The notes under the pieces were generated by a model. It was not told the origin of the DNA, did not search any database, and saw only the letters and a list, made by a program, of their open reading frames with translations. A stretch of DNA of 64,000 nt from a virus: IMG/VR virus record IMGVR_UViG_3300045988_081670; one strand, given 5' to 3'. Positions 44,009-54,636 of this stretch are shown piece by piece (position 1 is the first letter of the stretch; each line of letters starts with the position of its first letter). The translations under genes and the position numbers were made by a program.

Positions 44009-44511
44009 AAAACAGAATACATTTTAGAAATTAACCATAATAATTTTCGATAAAATTGCTGTTAGTATTCTTATTCAAACAATATAGCAAAAATGGATTC
44101 AAAACAAAAACGGAATGCTACTAGAAATATTCAATATTAAAAACCTTATATTATTGTCTAAAGTTTGCTGTGTGCATTCCTATAACAATCTTCTAAATAT
44201 AGAATTTTAAAGTAGGGATGAGGGAGTCGAACCCCTTGTCTTGTATATTTGCATCAAAGCGTTCTTACAGCTTAGGTTTTAAAGACTATCCTTGTCGTCA
44301 TAAGATTCTATCAAGTCATTTGTTTTACACCTTTCTGTTCTTAAGCAAGTGTTGCTCTACTTCTTAGGCTGCAATAACCAAAGAAGCATAATTCATATTT
44401 ATAAATATGTCGTTTATTACTTTGTTGCCTTGCTGTGCTTCTTATCTCTTATACAATCAAAACCAAACATCCCTATAGTAAGTAGTTTCTGGTCATGCTT
44501 AGGACTTTCCA

Positions 44512-45036
44512 TTATACCATTTCCTTTAATAGTCCAGTATAGTTTGGATGACTAGCATATCCAATTCGATTTAGAAAGGCATAATAACTACCTCCACTAT
44601 ATCTATTAGATATACATTTCTTATAATCCTCTACACATTCTGTCCAATGGGAATATCGTCTATAACGGTTCCCCTTCTTAAGTCCAAAAATATTCTGATG
44701 AGTACGAACTAAGTTAGACTTAAAATTACCTGTTTCAAGCTTAGCTTGAGCTAGAACAATGTTTGCGTGAGGTATATTGTTCTTAATGAGCTCTTCTTTC
44801 AAATTAGTCTCATTAAGAACTTTTGATTTAGCAACTGGTTTCATCTGAGCAACTTTAACATTTTTGTCCTTAGATGTAACCTTTGCTGAATCATTTACCA
44901 TCTCAATACGGATAGTATTTTCAGATGGTTTAGGAGTATTCTTTGGTGCTGAAATTAGAGTAACTACAACACCAATAATCAATCCAATTAATAAGTAACA
45001 AAGTCTGTTTGTAATATCATTTTCATTAATCTTCAT
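44512..45036 (-). CDS. peptidoglycan hydrolase, glucosaminidase (FlgJ/LytD-like) with N-terminal TM anchor
   Basis: NIVLAQAKLETGNFKSNLVRTHQNIFGLKKG matches the Glucosaminidase family core. Confidence 0.65.
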   Translation of the reverse strand: MKINENDITNRLCYLLIGLIIGVVVTLISAPKNTPKPSENTIRIEMVNDSAKVTSKDKNVKVAQMKPVAKSKVLNETNLKEELIKNNIPHANIVLAQAKLETGNFKSNLVRTHQNIFGLKKGNRYRRYSHWTECVEDYKKCISNRYSGGSYYAFLNRIGYASHPNYTGLLKEMV

Positions 45037-45084
45037 AGAAAACCTTTTTAATTAATAAATGCTAATCTAAAACAGGAATCTCTT

Positions 45085-45151
45085 CTTTGTAACTGCTGCT
45101 CTAAACCAGCTGAGCTACCTTATAAAGGATTGGATTCGAACCAATGACCTG
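45085..45151 (-). other. rearranged tRNA-like fragments: a T-arm plus acceptor-3' piece (45110..45151) directly 5' of a tRNA 5'-half piece (45085..45109)
   Basis: The minus RNA reads TTAAAGG CCGCAGGTC ATTGG TTCGAAT CCAAT CCTTTAT AA GGTAGCTCAGCTGGTTTAGAGC AGCAGTT.... The halves are in permuted order and no intact cloverleaf can be drawn. Confidence 0.3.
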
Positions 45152-45264
45152 CGGCCTTTAAAAGAATATATTTGCTGTTAGATTCCTTGTTAAATATGTC
45201 AAAAACGTAAACGGTATCTAAGTTAAAGGGTTTAAGCCTCTGATTTACTCTTATGATAGCTAGT

Positions 45265-46710
45265 TTACTGTACGTTGTAGTTATTTAAGCTATCTCCGAA
45301 GTAATCCTCAGTCATTGCAATGAACTGTTTAGTACGCTTCTCATCTACATCGAGGCATTCCTTGAGAGCCTCAACAAGTCTCTTCTCAGGAGTTTGGGAC
45401 ATATCCTTCTTCTGAGAAAGCTTAACCTGATGAAGATAACTTTTAACAGAGTTAAGAATATACTCTGCCTTTACGATACACTCATCAGTAAGCACCATCA
45501 TAGATTTAACCTTCTCGATAATTTCTGCCATAAATGCAGGAGCAATGTTGTTCTCTTCGATGAACTTACAAACATCTGTAAGGTCATCCTCAATCTGATA
45601 ACAACCAATCTCGAAAGATTTACGAATAAACTCTTCTGCTGTAGCAGCATCCAGAGTACCCATAGAGATAATAGTTCCTACTCGTTTTCCTCTGAGGAAA
45701 GTAGGCTCAATGAGCTCTATATGATTAGTAGTGAAAAGGGTAATGACGTTCATATCCTTAGTATCACCACCATCCAATGTGTTAAGGATATCCTGCATAG
45801 CAGAATCACGATTGCCTCGTGTTACCTGATCAATATCCTCAACAAAGATTACGACGCCATGTCCAGATTGATCGATGATCTTAGACATGCGAAGAGATTC
45901 TGCCAAGAGTTTTGGATCCTTCAGATAAATGAACATCCAATTGTTCTTGACAGCCTGACGAGCAAGTTTGAAGGCAAGAAGAGTTTTACCAGTTCCGTAG
46001 CCTCCCTCTAACAACGCTCCAAACTTCAATGGAATACCTTTCTCAATGCATTTTTCTGGATTGAGAATACGAGCGTTGATTGGACGAAGGGCATACTCAG
46101 TTTCCTTACTAATAACCATTAGCTGGTCGTCAATGTTACGTAGGTCAAGAATTTCTGGATTATTAATGTTAGAAATCTCCAGAGCCTGACCCTTATAAAT
46201 CGAATTAGTCTTCAAATTCGTTTTAGTCTGCTCGATAATGTCATCCATTAAAGATGAAAAACGGAGCTGAAGTTTTCCAGTAATTACCAGTTCATGTGTC
46301 TCAGAAAGATAATTAATGTTAATTAAGGAATCCTCTCCAAGACCATCGAGCTGAATATCTCCGTAAGGAGCCTTAACTCTAGTTCCGTCAGCAAGAGTAA
46401 TGTCTACAGTTTTAACACTCTTTTCACCTGATGGACTGCCACTTTCCTTAGAAACAACAGATCCAAATACCTGGGAGATAGCCTGATTGAGCTGATAAAT
46501 ACCATCGTTGCGAAAGCACTGAATGCGATAGTTGATTTTTGCTATCTTCTTAGACTGGGCAATCTCACTCTCGATATAGTCAAGGCAATCAGCGTAAGTT
46601 ATATCTGGTAATTGCATTACCTCTATGAACTTACTCTTCATAGCCTCTTCATAGTTATTTACCTTCTGCTCAAGAGCAGATCTCTTACTTCTTCTTACAA
46701 TTTGATTCAT
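45265..46710 (-). CDS. AAA+ ATPase (classic AAA clade)
   Basis: Walker A GGYGTGKT, Walker B VIFVEDID, and sensor-1/arginine-finger region ILNTLDGG...LFTTNHIE. Confidence 0.65.
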   Translation of the reverse strand: MNQIVRRSKRSALEQKVNNYEEAMKSKFIEVMQLPDITYADCLDYIESEIAQSKKIAKINYRIQCFRNDGIYQLNQAISQVFGSVVSKESGSPSGEKSVKTVDITLADGTRVKAPYGDIQLDGLGEDSLININYLSETHELVITGKLQLRFSSLMDDIIEQTKTNLKTNSIYKGQALEISNINNPEILDLRNIDDQLMVISKETEYALRPINARILNPEKCIEKGIPLKFGALLEGGYGTGKTLLAFKLARQAVKNNWMFIYLKDPKLLAESLRMSKIIDQSGHGVVIFVEDIDQVTRGNRDSAMQDILNTLDGGDTKDMNVITLFTTNHIELIEPTFLRGKRVGTIISMGTLDAATAEEFIRKSFEIGCYQIEDDLTDVCKFIEENNIAPAFMAEIIEKVKSMMVLTDECIVKAEYILNSVKSYLHQVKLSQKKDMSQTPEKRLVEALKECLDVDEKRTKQFIAMTEDYFGDSLNNYNVQ

Positions 46711-47189
46711 CTGGTTTTTATTAAACTTTTAATTTATTAATTCTGCGCCTAATATTTAGGCAATTCTCCATAGTAGTTGTTAAACATCCAAGATGGACAA
46801 TTCCATTGTCCTTAGTAATAGTAAGATTCTTTTCTGGAATTTCCCCTTTGTCTTCCTTATTTCTAATTATACGCTCTATTATAGGGAACTTGACAGCGGT
46901 ATTCTTACAAAAAATTACATTCTTCTCAGAAATGTAAATAACTTCATTGCCGTTTATTTCACCTACTTTGTGTTTTGGCATACAACTAAACCTGCGATGA
47001 TTAAGATAATAATTAAGATAACGATTAATAAGAGTATTGGTCCATAGAATGGAAGAGTAACCCACCACCAAGACCAATTAATTACGCCAACTAGCTTTAA
47101 TACTACGAAGGCAACACCTAGCAGTCCAAGAATGCCAGGGCCTTTATAAATTACTTGCTTTTCCATATCAACACTTTTTAAAATGTTAG

Positions 47190-47263
47190 AGCCCTCCATC
47201 GGGTACGATCCGACAACCTACACATTACAAGGGTGTTGCTCTAGCCAATTGAGCTAAGAGGGC
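47190..47263 (-). tRNA. tRNA-Thr (anticodon TGT)
   Basis: GCCCTCT TA GCTCAATTGGCTAGAGC A ACACC CTTGTAA TGTGT AGGTT GTCGG ATCGTAC CCGAT GGAGGGC. Unusual T-loop with A54 and T58. Confidence 0.65.
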
Positions 47264-47312
47264 ATTTTCGGAGGACTTCTAATTAAGTCCTCCTACTTTC
47301 TCATACTTATTC

Positions 47313-49055
47313 TCACGAACCAGTATAAATTATATACTTTTTACGTTTATGCTTAGTTACACTAAGCTTTATGATTCTTACTCTGTTAAGTAGCTCCTGA
47401 TCCATTGCTGTCAAGAACAACTCTTCTGCATTCTTAGGAGCCTTAAGTTCAGGTTTATTACCTCCTAAGATAAATGCCACAGCACTTGGGTCATAGCCAG
47501 ACATATAGAAGAAATTAGGAGCATCTGCAAAGTCTTCAAACTTTACCTTGTTATCATAACCGTACCATCCATTAGGAATATCCCAAAGGATAATCTTAAA
47601 GGAATTAACGTATTCCTCACTAAATCCAGCCTCACGAAGTCTCCTAATTGCAAGTTGGAAATTTGTAGATTTGTTAGTACCACGTCTATCAAATTCTCCA
47701 TCACTTACGCAAAGGATTCCACTTGGGAAATCCTTTTCCTCAACTCCTTCTGATTTTAATCTTATAAAGAGATCAATTACAGATTGGAAATTAGTATTTG
47801 CGTAAGCACCGCAATTATCATTGATGTACTTATCAATAGGAGTTTCTCCCTTCCATTTATGTAACGTACATCCGTCAGAAAACTCTGCAAATGTATCCGC
47901 AAAGTATCCTTCTAAGAACTCAGAGAAATACAATGCCATAGATTTAGCAATGCAGAATGAAGATACATTACAGCCTCTAGCTGTTGAAGTCATTGAGCCT
48001 GAAGTATCTCGTACTACAAGTAGTGAGGACTTAGCGTTTACATTCTCTTTACCTGTTTTTACAAGTTGTGCAAATTGTGCATTAATTGTCTTCTCCTTGT
48101 AATCCGCCATGTGTCGACAGTTTTCATCGAAAGGAGCAAATAGCTCAAACACATATCCTGTGAACTTGGCTACAGGCTTAGAGGAAATCCAATCAGTGTA
48201 CTTCTTAGTAAGATTGTGGTTCTCCAAGAAGTTAGAACCCACCAAGAGAGCTAAAGCTCTACCCGCAATGTGGTCAAAGTTAAGTGAATCGTATAACTGC
48301 TGAGAAATAAGTTGCTGCCATTCATGAGCAACACCTTCAGACTTAATCTTTCGATAGACCTTATAAGCCGATTCTTTCTCTAATTTAGGAGACAATTTTC
48401 TAGCCAGCCATCTACCTATAAGAGTGTCTGCTTGAGATTCAAGCGTTGTACACTTCTTATTTGTTCTAATAGTTGGCAGATACTTACGAACTAGGTGAGT
48501 TGTATCAGGATTGTTAAGTCCTGCTGACAAAGTCAGATATAGGAAATTCCAATCTAACTTTCTCCCTTCCCACCCATGATATTGTAGGTCTAAAGAGAGC
48601 ATTTGAATAACATCCTTCCATGAGCCTGCTGCAATGAAAAGAGGAAGATTTACTTTAAAGGTTGCAGGTTGGTTAATAGCCAGCCACAACATTCTCATAA
48701 TACCTTCATTCTTCAAGCCCTGTCCACGCTGAACGTCTAGTTCTTCACTTTTGTCTTTAGTAACAATTTTAGACTTACGTGTAATGAGTCTGAAATAGAG
48801 CGCAAGTTTTACACATAGAATGGGATTTGAACCCCATAGAGTTTGCATGTCCTTTGCTACTTCCTCATAAGAACGTGGCTCTTTGAAATATGAAGCAGCA
48901 GCAAAGTTATCAACAAAATCGTTTCCAGTTGTGGAATACTTCTTTGCTCCATTGCCTGACTCAGTTTCAGAAGACACTTTGAGTGCTTGCTTTACAAACT
49001 GATTCTCGACAGGTTTAATGTCAAGAAGTGAATTTACCTTCTTTTGAAATTCCAT
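47313..49055 (-). CDS. vWA-domain protein (MIDAS DTSGSM) with long N-terminal helical region, possibly TROVE/Ro60-like
   Basis: 580 aa. MIDAS motif LLVVRDTSGSMT at about residue 340. N-terminal roughly 330 aa predicted helical. Adjacent to the AAA+ ATPase and flanked by tRNA genes. Confidence 0.5.
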   Translation of the reverse strand: MEFQKKVNSLLDIKPVENQFVKQALKVSSETESGNGAKKYSTTGNDFVDNFAAASYFKEPRSYEEVAKDMQTLWGSNPILCVKLALYFRLITRKSKIVTKDKSEELDVQRGQGLKNEGIMRMLWLAINQPATFKVNLPLFIAAGSWKDVIQMLSLDLQYHGWEGRKLDWNFLYLTLSAGLNNPDTTHLVRKYLPTIRTNKKCTTLESQADTLIGRWLARKLSPKLEKESAYKVYRKIKSEGVAHEWQQLISQQLYDSLNFDHIAGRALALLVGSNFLENHNLTKKYTDWISSKPVAKFTGYVFELFAPFDENCRHMADYKEKTINAQFAQLVKTGKENVNAKSSLLVVRDTSGSMTSTARGCNVSSFCIAKSMALYFSEFLEGYFADTFAEFSDGCTLHKWKGETPIDKYINDNCGAYANTNFQSVIDLFIRLKSEGVEEKDFPSGILCVSDGEFDRRGTNKSTNFQLAIRRLREAGFSEEYVNSFKIILWDIPNGWYGYDNKVKFEDFADAPNFFYMSGYDPSAVAFILGGNKPELKAPKNAEELFLTAMDQELLNRVRIIKLSVTKHKRKKYIIYTGS

Positions 49056-49431
49056 ACTTTTATGTAATTAAAAATTTTTATAACTTCCATCCGAGAATAT
49101 TACCTTACTAAGAGTTTGCCTAATAGGTCGAATATAATTCTTCGGAGGATAATAAGTAATTATTTTGGATGTACCTGATTCTATATAGGTTTTAACTACA
49201 GCCTCCTTGTAACGATTAACATCATACTTAGAGGTATATCCATATTCTACTGTAAACACTAGACACACAATGTCTTTCCATGTGTTATTAAGTATTTCTG
49301 TCTTTATATATGGAGTATTGTTAGAATCGTAACATCCCTTTGCTCTCACTACTTTTTGAGAGATTGCACTAGTACTTATAAGTACAAGTAGCAAAGCACA
49401 TAAAATTTTCTTCATATTAGTCACTTTTAAA

Positions 49432-49514
49432 GTCGGAGTAGTGGGACTCGAACCCACACGCATTACTGCATATGCTCCTAAGGCATACGTGTCTACCATT
49501 CCACCATACTCCGA
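49432..49514 (-). tRNA. tRNA-Leu (anticodon TAG)
   Basis: TCGGAGT...TATGC CTTAGGA GCATA plus a long variable arm, GGG TTCGAGT CCC, ACTCCGA. Confidence 0.7.
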
Positions 49515-50214
49515 AACCTTTACACAGAATAAGCTTCTTCTAATTCCTTAGACCAAGCTTGATAAACACTAGCAACTGGTTCGTGCATCATATTATGCTT
49601 TTTAGCATAATCGAGCAAATACCTCAATTCTTGTAAATCCATAATGTTATATTTTAATAGTATTGATAGCGTCTTTTATTACATTTGATGCTTTCAGTAA
49701 AGCCTTATTGCTACTCTGTAGCTTTCCCTTAAGGTTATTTAGTTCTACCTTTATATCCTTGCATTGTTTCTTTAGACTTTTGTTCTCCTCATATATAGAG
49801 TCAGCTACTTCCAAGTCTGATCGCAGCTTAGCACTATTCAGATCTTTATGGACTTTTTGAAGCTCCTTGTTAGTCTTTTTGAGAGACTTTAGTAAGCCTT
49901 TTATCTGACTTGCGAATAAATCCCTTACACTAAAGTAACTTTTTAAAAATCCTAGAATATCTTCCTTATAAAAGCAAGAAGTTATTGCAAGATCCCTGTC
50001 AGTAAAATAATAGCAACCATTGGAAAGCTTGACTATTTCAAAATCAACAAACTCATGTTCACTATAATGATCAGAAAACCTAATCGTAGTAGATCCTTTT
50101 TGATAATATCTAGAATTATTATTATGGGCTTTCTGATAAGAATCAGTCATTGAAATCAACAACTTGTGAATTGATTTATCTCTATAATCCATTTCTTTTT
50201 CTTTTTATGTTAAT

Positions 50215-50300
50215 ATTTGTAGCTCTAGCGAGAGTCGAACTCGCACGCCCATTACTGGACAACAGATTTTCCTGCCACACTTGCTTTTACACAAGCAAAC
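50215..50300 (-). other. tRNA-like element (canonical T-arm GCGAG TTCGACT CTCGC, no acceptor partner; upstream hairpin with 8-nt loop)
   Basis: 3' end reads ...GGGCGTGCGAGTTCGACTCTCGCTAGAGCTACA. No complementary 5' acceptor strand found within 100 nt. Confidence 0.25.
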
Positions 50301-51204
50301 TAACATTGACTTCCACTTCCAAAGCACCCCGACTTATTTTCGTGCACCAATTATAAATTGTGAAGCCACCCTCACAGGTATTAAGAAGTTTTCATTTATA
50401 TATTCACTCGACGGGTAAAGTATTAGAATATATAAGTTAGTCTTTGTGGTCTGGACTATTTTATTACCATATTAAAAATCTTGCAAGATATAGCTTCATT
50501 TTCTCCTTCTCATATTGCAAGCTAACAGAGTTTAAGATTCTCTTGCTACGCAACTTAGATTCCACTATAATTTCTAACTTAGGTATCTCCTCTATAGTCT
50601 CTACACATTTATGAACTATAAAACTTTGTATTTAAACTTATTAGTATTTTTTGCCTAGTCTCGGAAAACACTAATCATTTTACAGTATTTCAATTTAGCT
50701 CGTCATCACCAAAATTTATGTCACCATAAATAAGGTTTCTGTCGAATTAGGGAGATTCTACTCTTATAATTTCTTATAAGGCACTCAAATTTTCAAGTCT
50801 GTCGGGTCTACCATTCCCCCATAGAGCCGTCCTTTTTAAAGGAGCTTGTAGGCAGTTTCTATAAACTTATCAATTAAATCATCTCTATAGAAACAATCTA
50901 CACCATAATCAAATTGTACTTTTCTAGCTACACGATATTTAGAATCAATGTAGTTAAATACCTTTTGACCTTCTCTCCAATTGTTTTGAAAAGCCTTAAT
51001 ACCATTAAGGACATCTTCTCTAAATTCTTCGTATGTCATAATTATTATTTTTAAAATGGTCCTGTACGATTTGAGCATTGTTAAGAGGCTTGACAGGAAA
51101 GAAAAAACCTGGCTTCAGGCGGTTTTATCCCTACTTCACTATATCCCAGTAATACCTTAAGAGTACTGATATAGTCCCGGTGTCAAGCTTCAGATTTTAT
51201 TAGT

Positions 51205-51250
51205 TAGTGTATAGAGAATCGAACTCTATTTGTGACCATCACACCACAAC
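51205..51250 (-). other. tRNA-like minihelix (TGGTGTG...TAGAG TTCGATT CTCTA TACACTA)
   Basis: A 7-bp acceptor pair (with G-U) directly flanks a T-arm. No D-arm or anticodon arm. Confidence 0.25.
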
Positions 51251-51504
51251 AGCAGGAGTATTCTCCAATTGAGAATATCCTAGAATTGATCTATTAATCT
51301 TCGTACTTAATGTACGGAATTGTGCAACTTGGAGCCCAAGCATAAGTTTTGGCTGCCAAATTTAAGTACCATTTAATTGCTTTCTTAAGCATCTTCATAA
51401 CCGTAATTAATTTTAGTAAATAATTTAATTTTAAAAAGTTAAACGTATTAGTAAGATTAGCGCAACCCAATTCACACCACGTGGAGGTTCTTACTATGTG
51501 AATC

Positions 51505-51577
51505 TTACGGGAGGAGGATTCGAACCTCCGACCTCCAGCTTATGAGGCTGGCAAGCTACCATCTGCTCTATCCCGCG
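51505..51577 (-). tRNA. tRNA-Met (anticodon CAT), initiator-like with a C1:A72 mismatch
   Basis: CGCGGGA TA GAGCAGATGGTAGCT T G CCAGC CTCATAA GCTGG AGGTC GGAGG TTCGAAT CCTCC TCCCGTA A. Confidence 0.6.
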
Positions 51578-51704
51578 ATGTTAAAAAGGTATCAGGCGAT
51601 TAGATAGACTCACGCAACGACTATGTTCCTTACAAACAGTTCGCTATCTTTATGATTGGAGGGCATTGTCTAAATTAACCTTGTTTGCAGTTTCTATACC
51701 TTTG

Positions 51705-51778
51705 TGAGTTTAATAAGACTCGAACTTATATCTTGCGGCTTAACTAGCCGCTGCTTTATCCTATTAAGCTATAAACTC
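51705..51778 (-). tRNA. tRNA, anticodon loop TAGTTAA (GTT, Asn-like, with A33)
   Basis: GAGTTTA TA GCTTAATAGGATAAAGC A GCGGC TAGTTAA GCCGC AAGAT ATAAG TTCGAGT CTTAT TAAACTC A. Perfect acceptor stem but A33. Confidence 0.45.
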
Positions 51779-51886
51779 TGTGTTCTCATGCATAAGAACA
51801 CACGACTACTTTCACCTATGCGTCCGTCGGTTCATTGTCTTTACGGTAGGTCTGCGCAGCCCGCTGCCATAGGTTATCCTTGTCAA

Positions 51887-51960
51887 GTAGCGGAAGTAGG
51901 GTTTGAACCTACGACCTCCACATTATCAGTGTGGTGCTCTAACCAACTGAGCTATTCCGC
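51887..51960 (-). tRNA. tRNA-Ile (anticodon GAT)
   Basis: AGCGGAA TA GCTCAGTTGGTTAGAGC A CCACA CTGATAA TGTGG AGGTC GTAGG TTCAAAC CCTAC TTCCGCT. Confidence 0.75.
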
Positions 51961-52079
51961 TGTTTAATCTCTTCTTTATCGTGTAGAGACTTAGGAACAC
52001 GTGTAGCCAGAAAGCTATCCACACACGATTCTCACGAACAGTAGTACTACTATTTGATATACGTTTATTTATCACCCGG

Positions 52080-52165
52080 TGTTCCCTATGGGATTCGAAC
52101 CCATGACCCCGAATTTAAAAGATTCGTGCTCTCTAGCCTTACGGAACCAACTGAGCTAAGGGAAC
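52080..52165 (-). tRNA. tRNA-Lys (anticodon TTT) with a roughly 10-nt insertion in the D-loop
   Basis: GTTCCCT TA GCTCAGTTGGTT[CCGTAAGGCT]AGAGAGC A CGAAT CTTTTAA ATTCG GGGTC ATGGG TTCGAAT CCCAT AGGGAAC. Confidence 0.55.
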
Positions 52166-52520
52166 AAATGACGTAGGAGTTTCTAGTTTTATTCTCAAAC
52201 CACTAGAAGGTCTCCTACGTGTTACTCTTTACGAGCCTGGCATCAATTTGGGATGATGTTCAGTCCTCAGCATTTTCTTGTTGAAAATCAACAAAAGTCA
52301 CTAGTTTATGGATTACTAGAAACCTGAGAATGTGAAGGTACAAAACTCTAAGAGAGGAAACTTCGCTTCAATGTTTTTACAGTAATCTTTCCATTTTAAA
52401 GTGCACCAGTTTCTATAGGAAAGACATAACTCTTCTAGCCTAGGACTCATAGAAGGGCTAAGGAAATTATCCAGTACCGACTGGAACTACATTCTTACTG
52501 ACACTTATAAAGATTATGTG

Positions 52521-52619
52521 ATTTATATTATGGTACTCCCAGTGAGACTCGAACTCACACGAACATTACTGTTCATCAGATTTTAAGTCTGACTTGTCTA
52601 CCAATTCCAACATGAGAGC
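52521..52619 (-). tRNA. tRNA-Leu (anticodon TAA), CCA encoded
   Basis: GCTCTCA TG TTGGAATTGGTAGAC AAG TCAGA CTTAAAA TCTGA plus long variable arm TGAG TTCGAGT CTCA C TGGGAGT A CCA. Confidence 0.7.
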
Positions 52620-52782
52620 TTGAATACAAGATACTTACGTTCTATAGACTGTAGAAACTCCTGATATGCTGCATAGCATCACATAACAATGGAGCTATCT
52701 TGTATCATGCTTGAAATTACATACCCTATACGGAAAAGAGCGACTCGCTCCACCAATTAAGGATTTTTTTTTTCGTTATTGT

Positions 52783-52858
52783 TGTGAGTGTAGGAGTCGA
52801 ACCTACTATCGTACAGATTATGAGCCTGACATGATTTACAAATATCCGTTTCACTCCC
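52783..52858 (-). tRNA. tRNA with CAT anticodon (Met or Ile2), weak D-arm
   Basis: GGGAGTG...TCAGG CTCATAA TCTGT...TAGG TTCGACT CCTA CACTCAC A. One acceptor mismatch. Confidence 0.4.
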
Positions 52859-53039
52859 TCACGATATATTGTTTAAAGAATTTTCGGCGGAGGCAGATCC
52901 TTAAGTACCATCACCGGGGATACATTTTATCAGTTTCTTCTAGTCTTCTACGTGCTATATTATGAGGTAGCGCTACTTCTCCTTTCAACGTTCCATGAAC
53001 TAAAGTACTCCTTAGGTACAGCCTCCATGTTTTAATATT

Positions 53040-53116
53040 TGGTGGGCCCAGAGAGGTATGATCTCCCGACCTTGTCATTATGAGTGACCTGCTCTGACCA
53101 ACTGAGCTATGGGCCC
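53040..53116 (-). tRNA. tRNA with CAT anticodon (likely Ile2, lysidine type, or Met), CCA encoded, unusual T-loop ATCATAC
   Basis: GGGCCCA TA GCTCAGTTGGTCAGAGC A GGTCA CTCATAA TGACA AGGTC GGGAG ATCATAC CTCTC TGGGCCC A CCA. Confidence 0.6.
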
Positions 53117-53683
53117 ATAAGCACATCTCTCGATGTGCATGCCTTAGTATATTCCACCTAAGTGTTTAGAGACCTTGCAAGTTGGAATTAATCCATACAC
53201 ACAGTGTCAACCGAAGCAGTATCTGCATTAATAGTATCTACCTGAGCAGTATCAGTACTGTCATTATCAGCGTTAGCTGAGTTAGTAGAATTTCCACATG
53301 AAGCAAACATTGCTCCAAACATCAATACAGATGCAAAAATTAACTTTTTCATTTTCATAAAATTTAATTAAACATTTAAGTTATCTATGCTATTCTAAAT
53401 ATATATTTAATGTTGGCGGTGGCAAAAGGATTCGAACCTTAAATCTCTTGCGCCATGCAAGTATTTTACGAGTAAACGATAATCTTTTTATTCTCAATGT
53501 ACTAATAATACAAAAATAATACAATATTATATGCTTGCTTTTATATTATATTTACATTACTTCCCATAGATATTTATTGCGATTACCATTATAATAACTC
53601 CACCTATTTTAAACTATACCACCAAAGGATGCTATACTATTCTCACGAACCATGTAGCGCAAAAGTTTTAATTAAACTATAAG

Positions 53684-53754
53684 TTGGACTACCAGGATTC
53701 GAACCTGGAAAAACAGCGCCAAAAACTGTTGTGTTACCGTTACACCATAGTCCA
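53684..53754 (-). tRNA. tRNA-Gln (anticodon TTG)
   Basis: TGGACTA TG GTGTAACGGTAACAC AACAGT TTTTGGC GCTGTT TTT CCAGG TTCGAAT CCTGG TAGTCCA. Confidence 0.6.
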
Positions 53755-53902
53755 ATAAAGTAGAACTACCTTCACAGGCAATTCTACTAAAACAAAGTTA
53801 TTAACCATAAAAAGTATATGTATTTTGTTAACCACTCTTGATTAAACTAATATATTATCGGTAGTGGGACAACGTGGAATCGAACCACAATCTCGGGATT
53901 GT

Positions 53903-53974
53903 GGGGAAGGACAGATTTGAACTGCCGACCATCTGATCTTCAGTCAGACACTCTACCACTGAGTTACTTCCCCG
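53903..53974 (-). tRNA. tRNA-Phe (anticodon GAA). A 42-nt T-arm-containing fragment plus an 8-bp hairpin follows at 53866..53902
   Basis: GGGGAAG TA ACTCAGTGGTAGAGT G TCTGA CTGAAGA TCAGA TGGTC GGCAG TTCAAAT CTGTC CTTCCCC A. The downstream fragment reads CAATCCCGAGATTGTGGTTCGATTCCACGTTGTCCCA. Confidence 0.7.
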
Positions 53975-54383
53975 CATTCTTACCACTAAAATTATCTGTT
54001 TGCGAATGACAGTTTGGACACAAGAAAGTTAAATTCTCTAGTCTATTATCCCTGTTATTCCCATTAATATGATGTAACTGTAAGGTTAATAGTTTTCCAT
54101 TCCATTCAGTTATTCCACAGTTAGAACACTTATACTCTATTAAGTTCGCTTTAATTAAGCGTTTTTTGAACTTAGTCATGTTGGAATATGTGGAATTTTC
54201 AACCATTATATCTTCCAAAGAATATTTAGTATTATCAGATGTACCATGTGCTCTACCTAAGAAATGTGAGAAATCTATATTGTTCTCAATTAAGTAATCT
54301 TTTAATCCTTTGAAAGAATTTCCTCTATTTGCAGTATAACCTAATTTCCTCATTAGTTCCGAAAATGTTATACTTTCATTCAC
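53964..54383 (-). CDS. HNH homing endonuclease (embedded in the tRNA array)
   Basis: CSNCGITEWNGKLLTLQLHHINGNNRDNRLENLTFLCPNCH is an HNH motif with flanking Zn-binding Cys pairs. Confidence 0.8.
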   Translation of the reverse strand: MNESITFSELMRKLGYTANRGNSFKGLKDYLIENNIDFSHFLGRAHGTSDNTKYSLEDIMVENSTYSNMTKFKKRLIKANLIEYKCSNCGITEWNGKLLTLQLHHINGNNRDNRLENLTFLCPNCHSQTDNFSGKNAGK

Positions 54384-54636
54384 TAATTTGGTAAGTTCTT
54401 CTATAGAAACCTATTTGTATTTACATATCATATTAGTAATTTTAGTTAAATTTCCGCGCTCTGACCTTCTAAGCTATTGTCCCAATTCGCTAGAAAATCT
54501 ATTCACATAGACTTCCTAGCTTGCATATTGTGCCTACAAAACAAAGTATCCACGATAAATGAATAGACCAGAGTAGACTCTACGTATGAGTGTAGAGTTT
54601 ACAGGAATAACATTTATGTGTGTAAATTTGAGGAGT

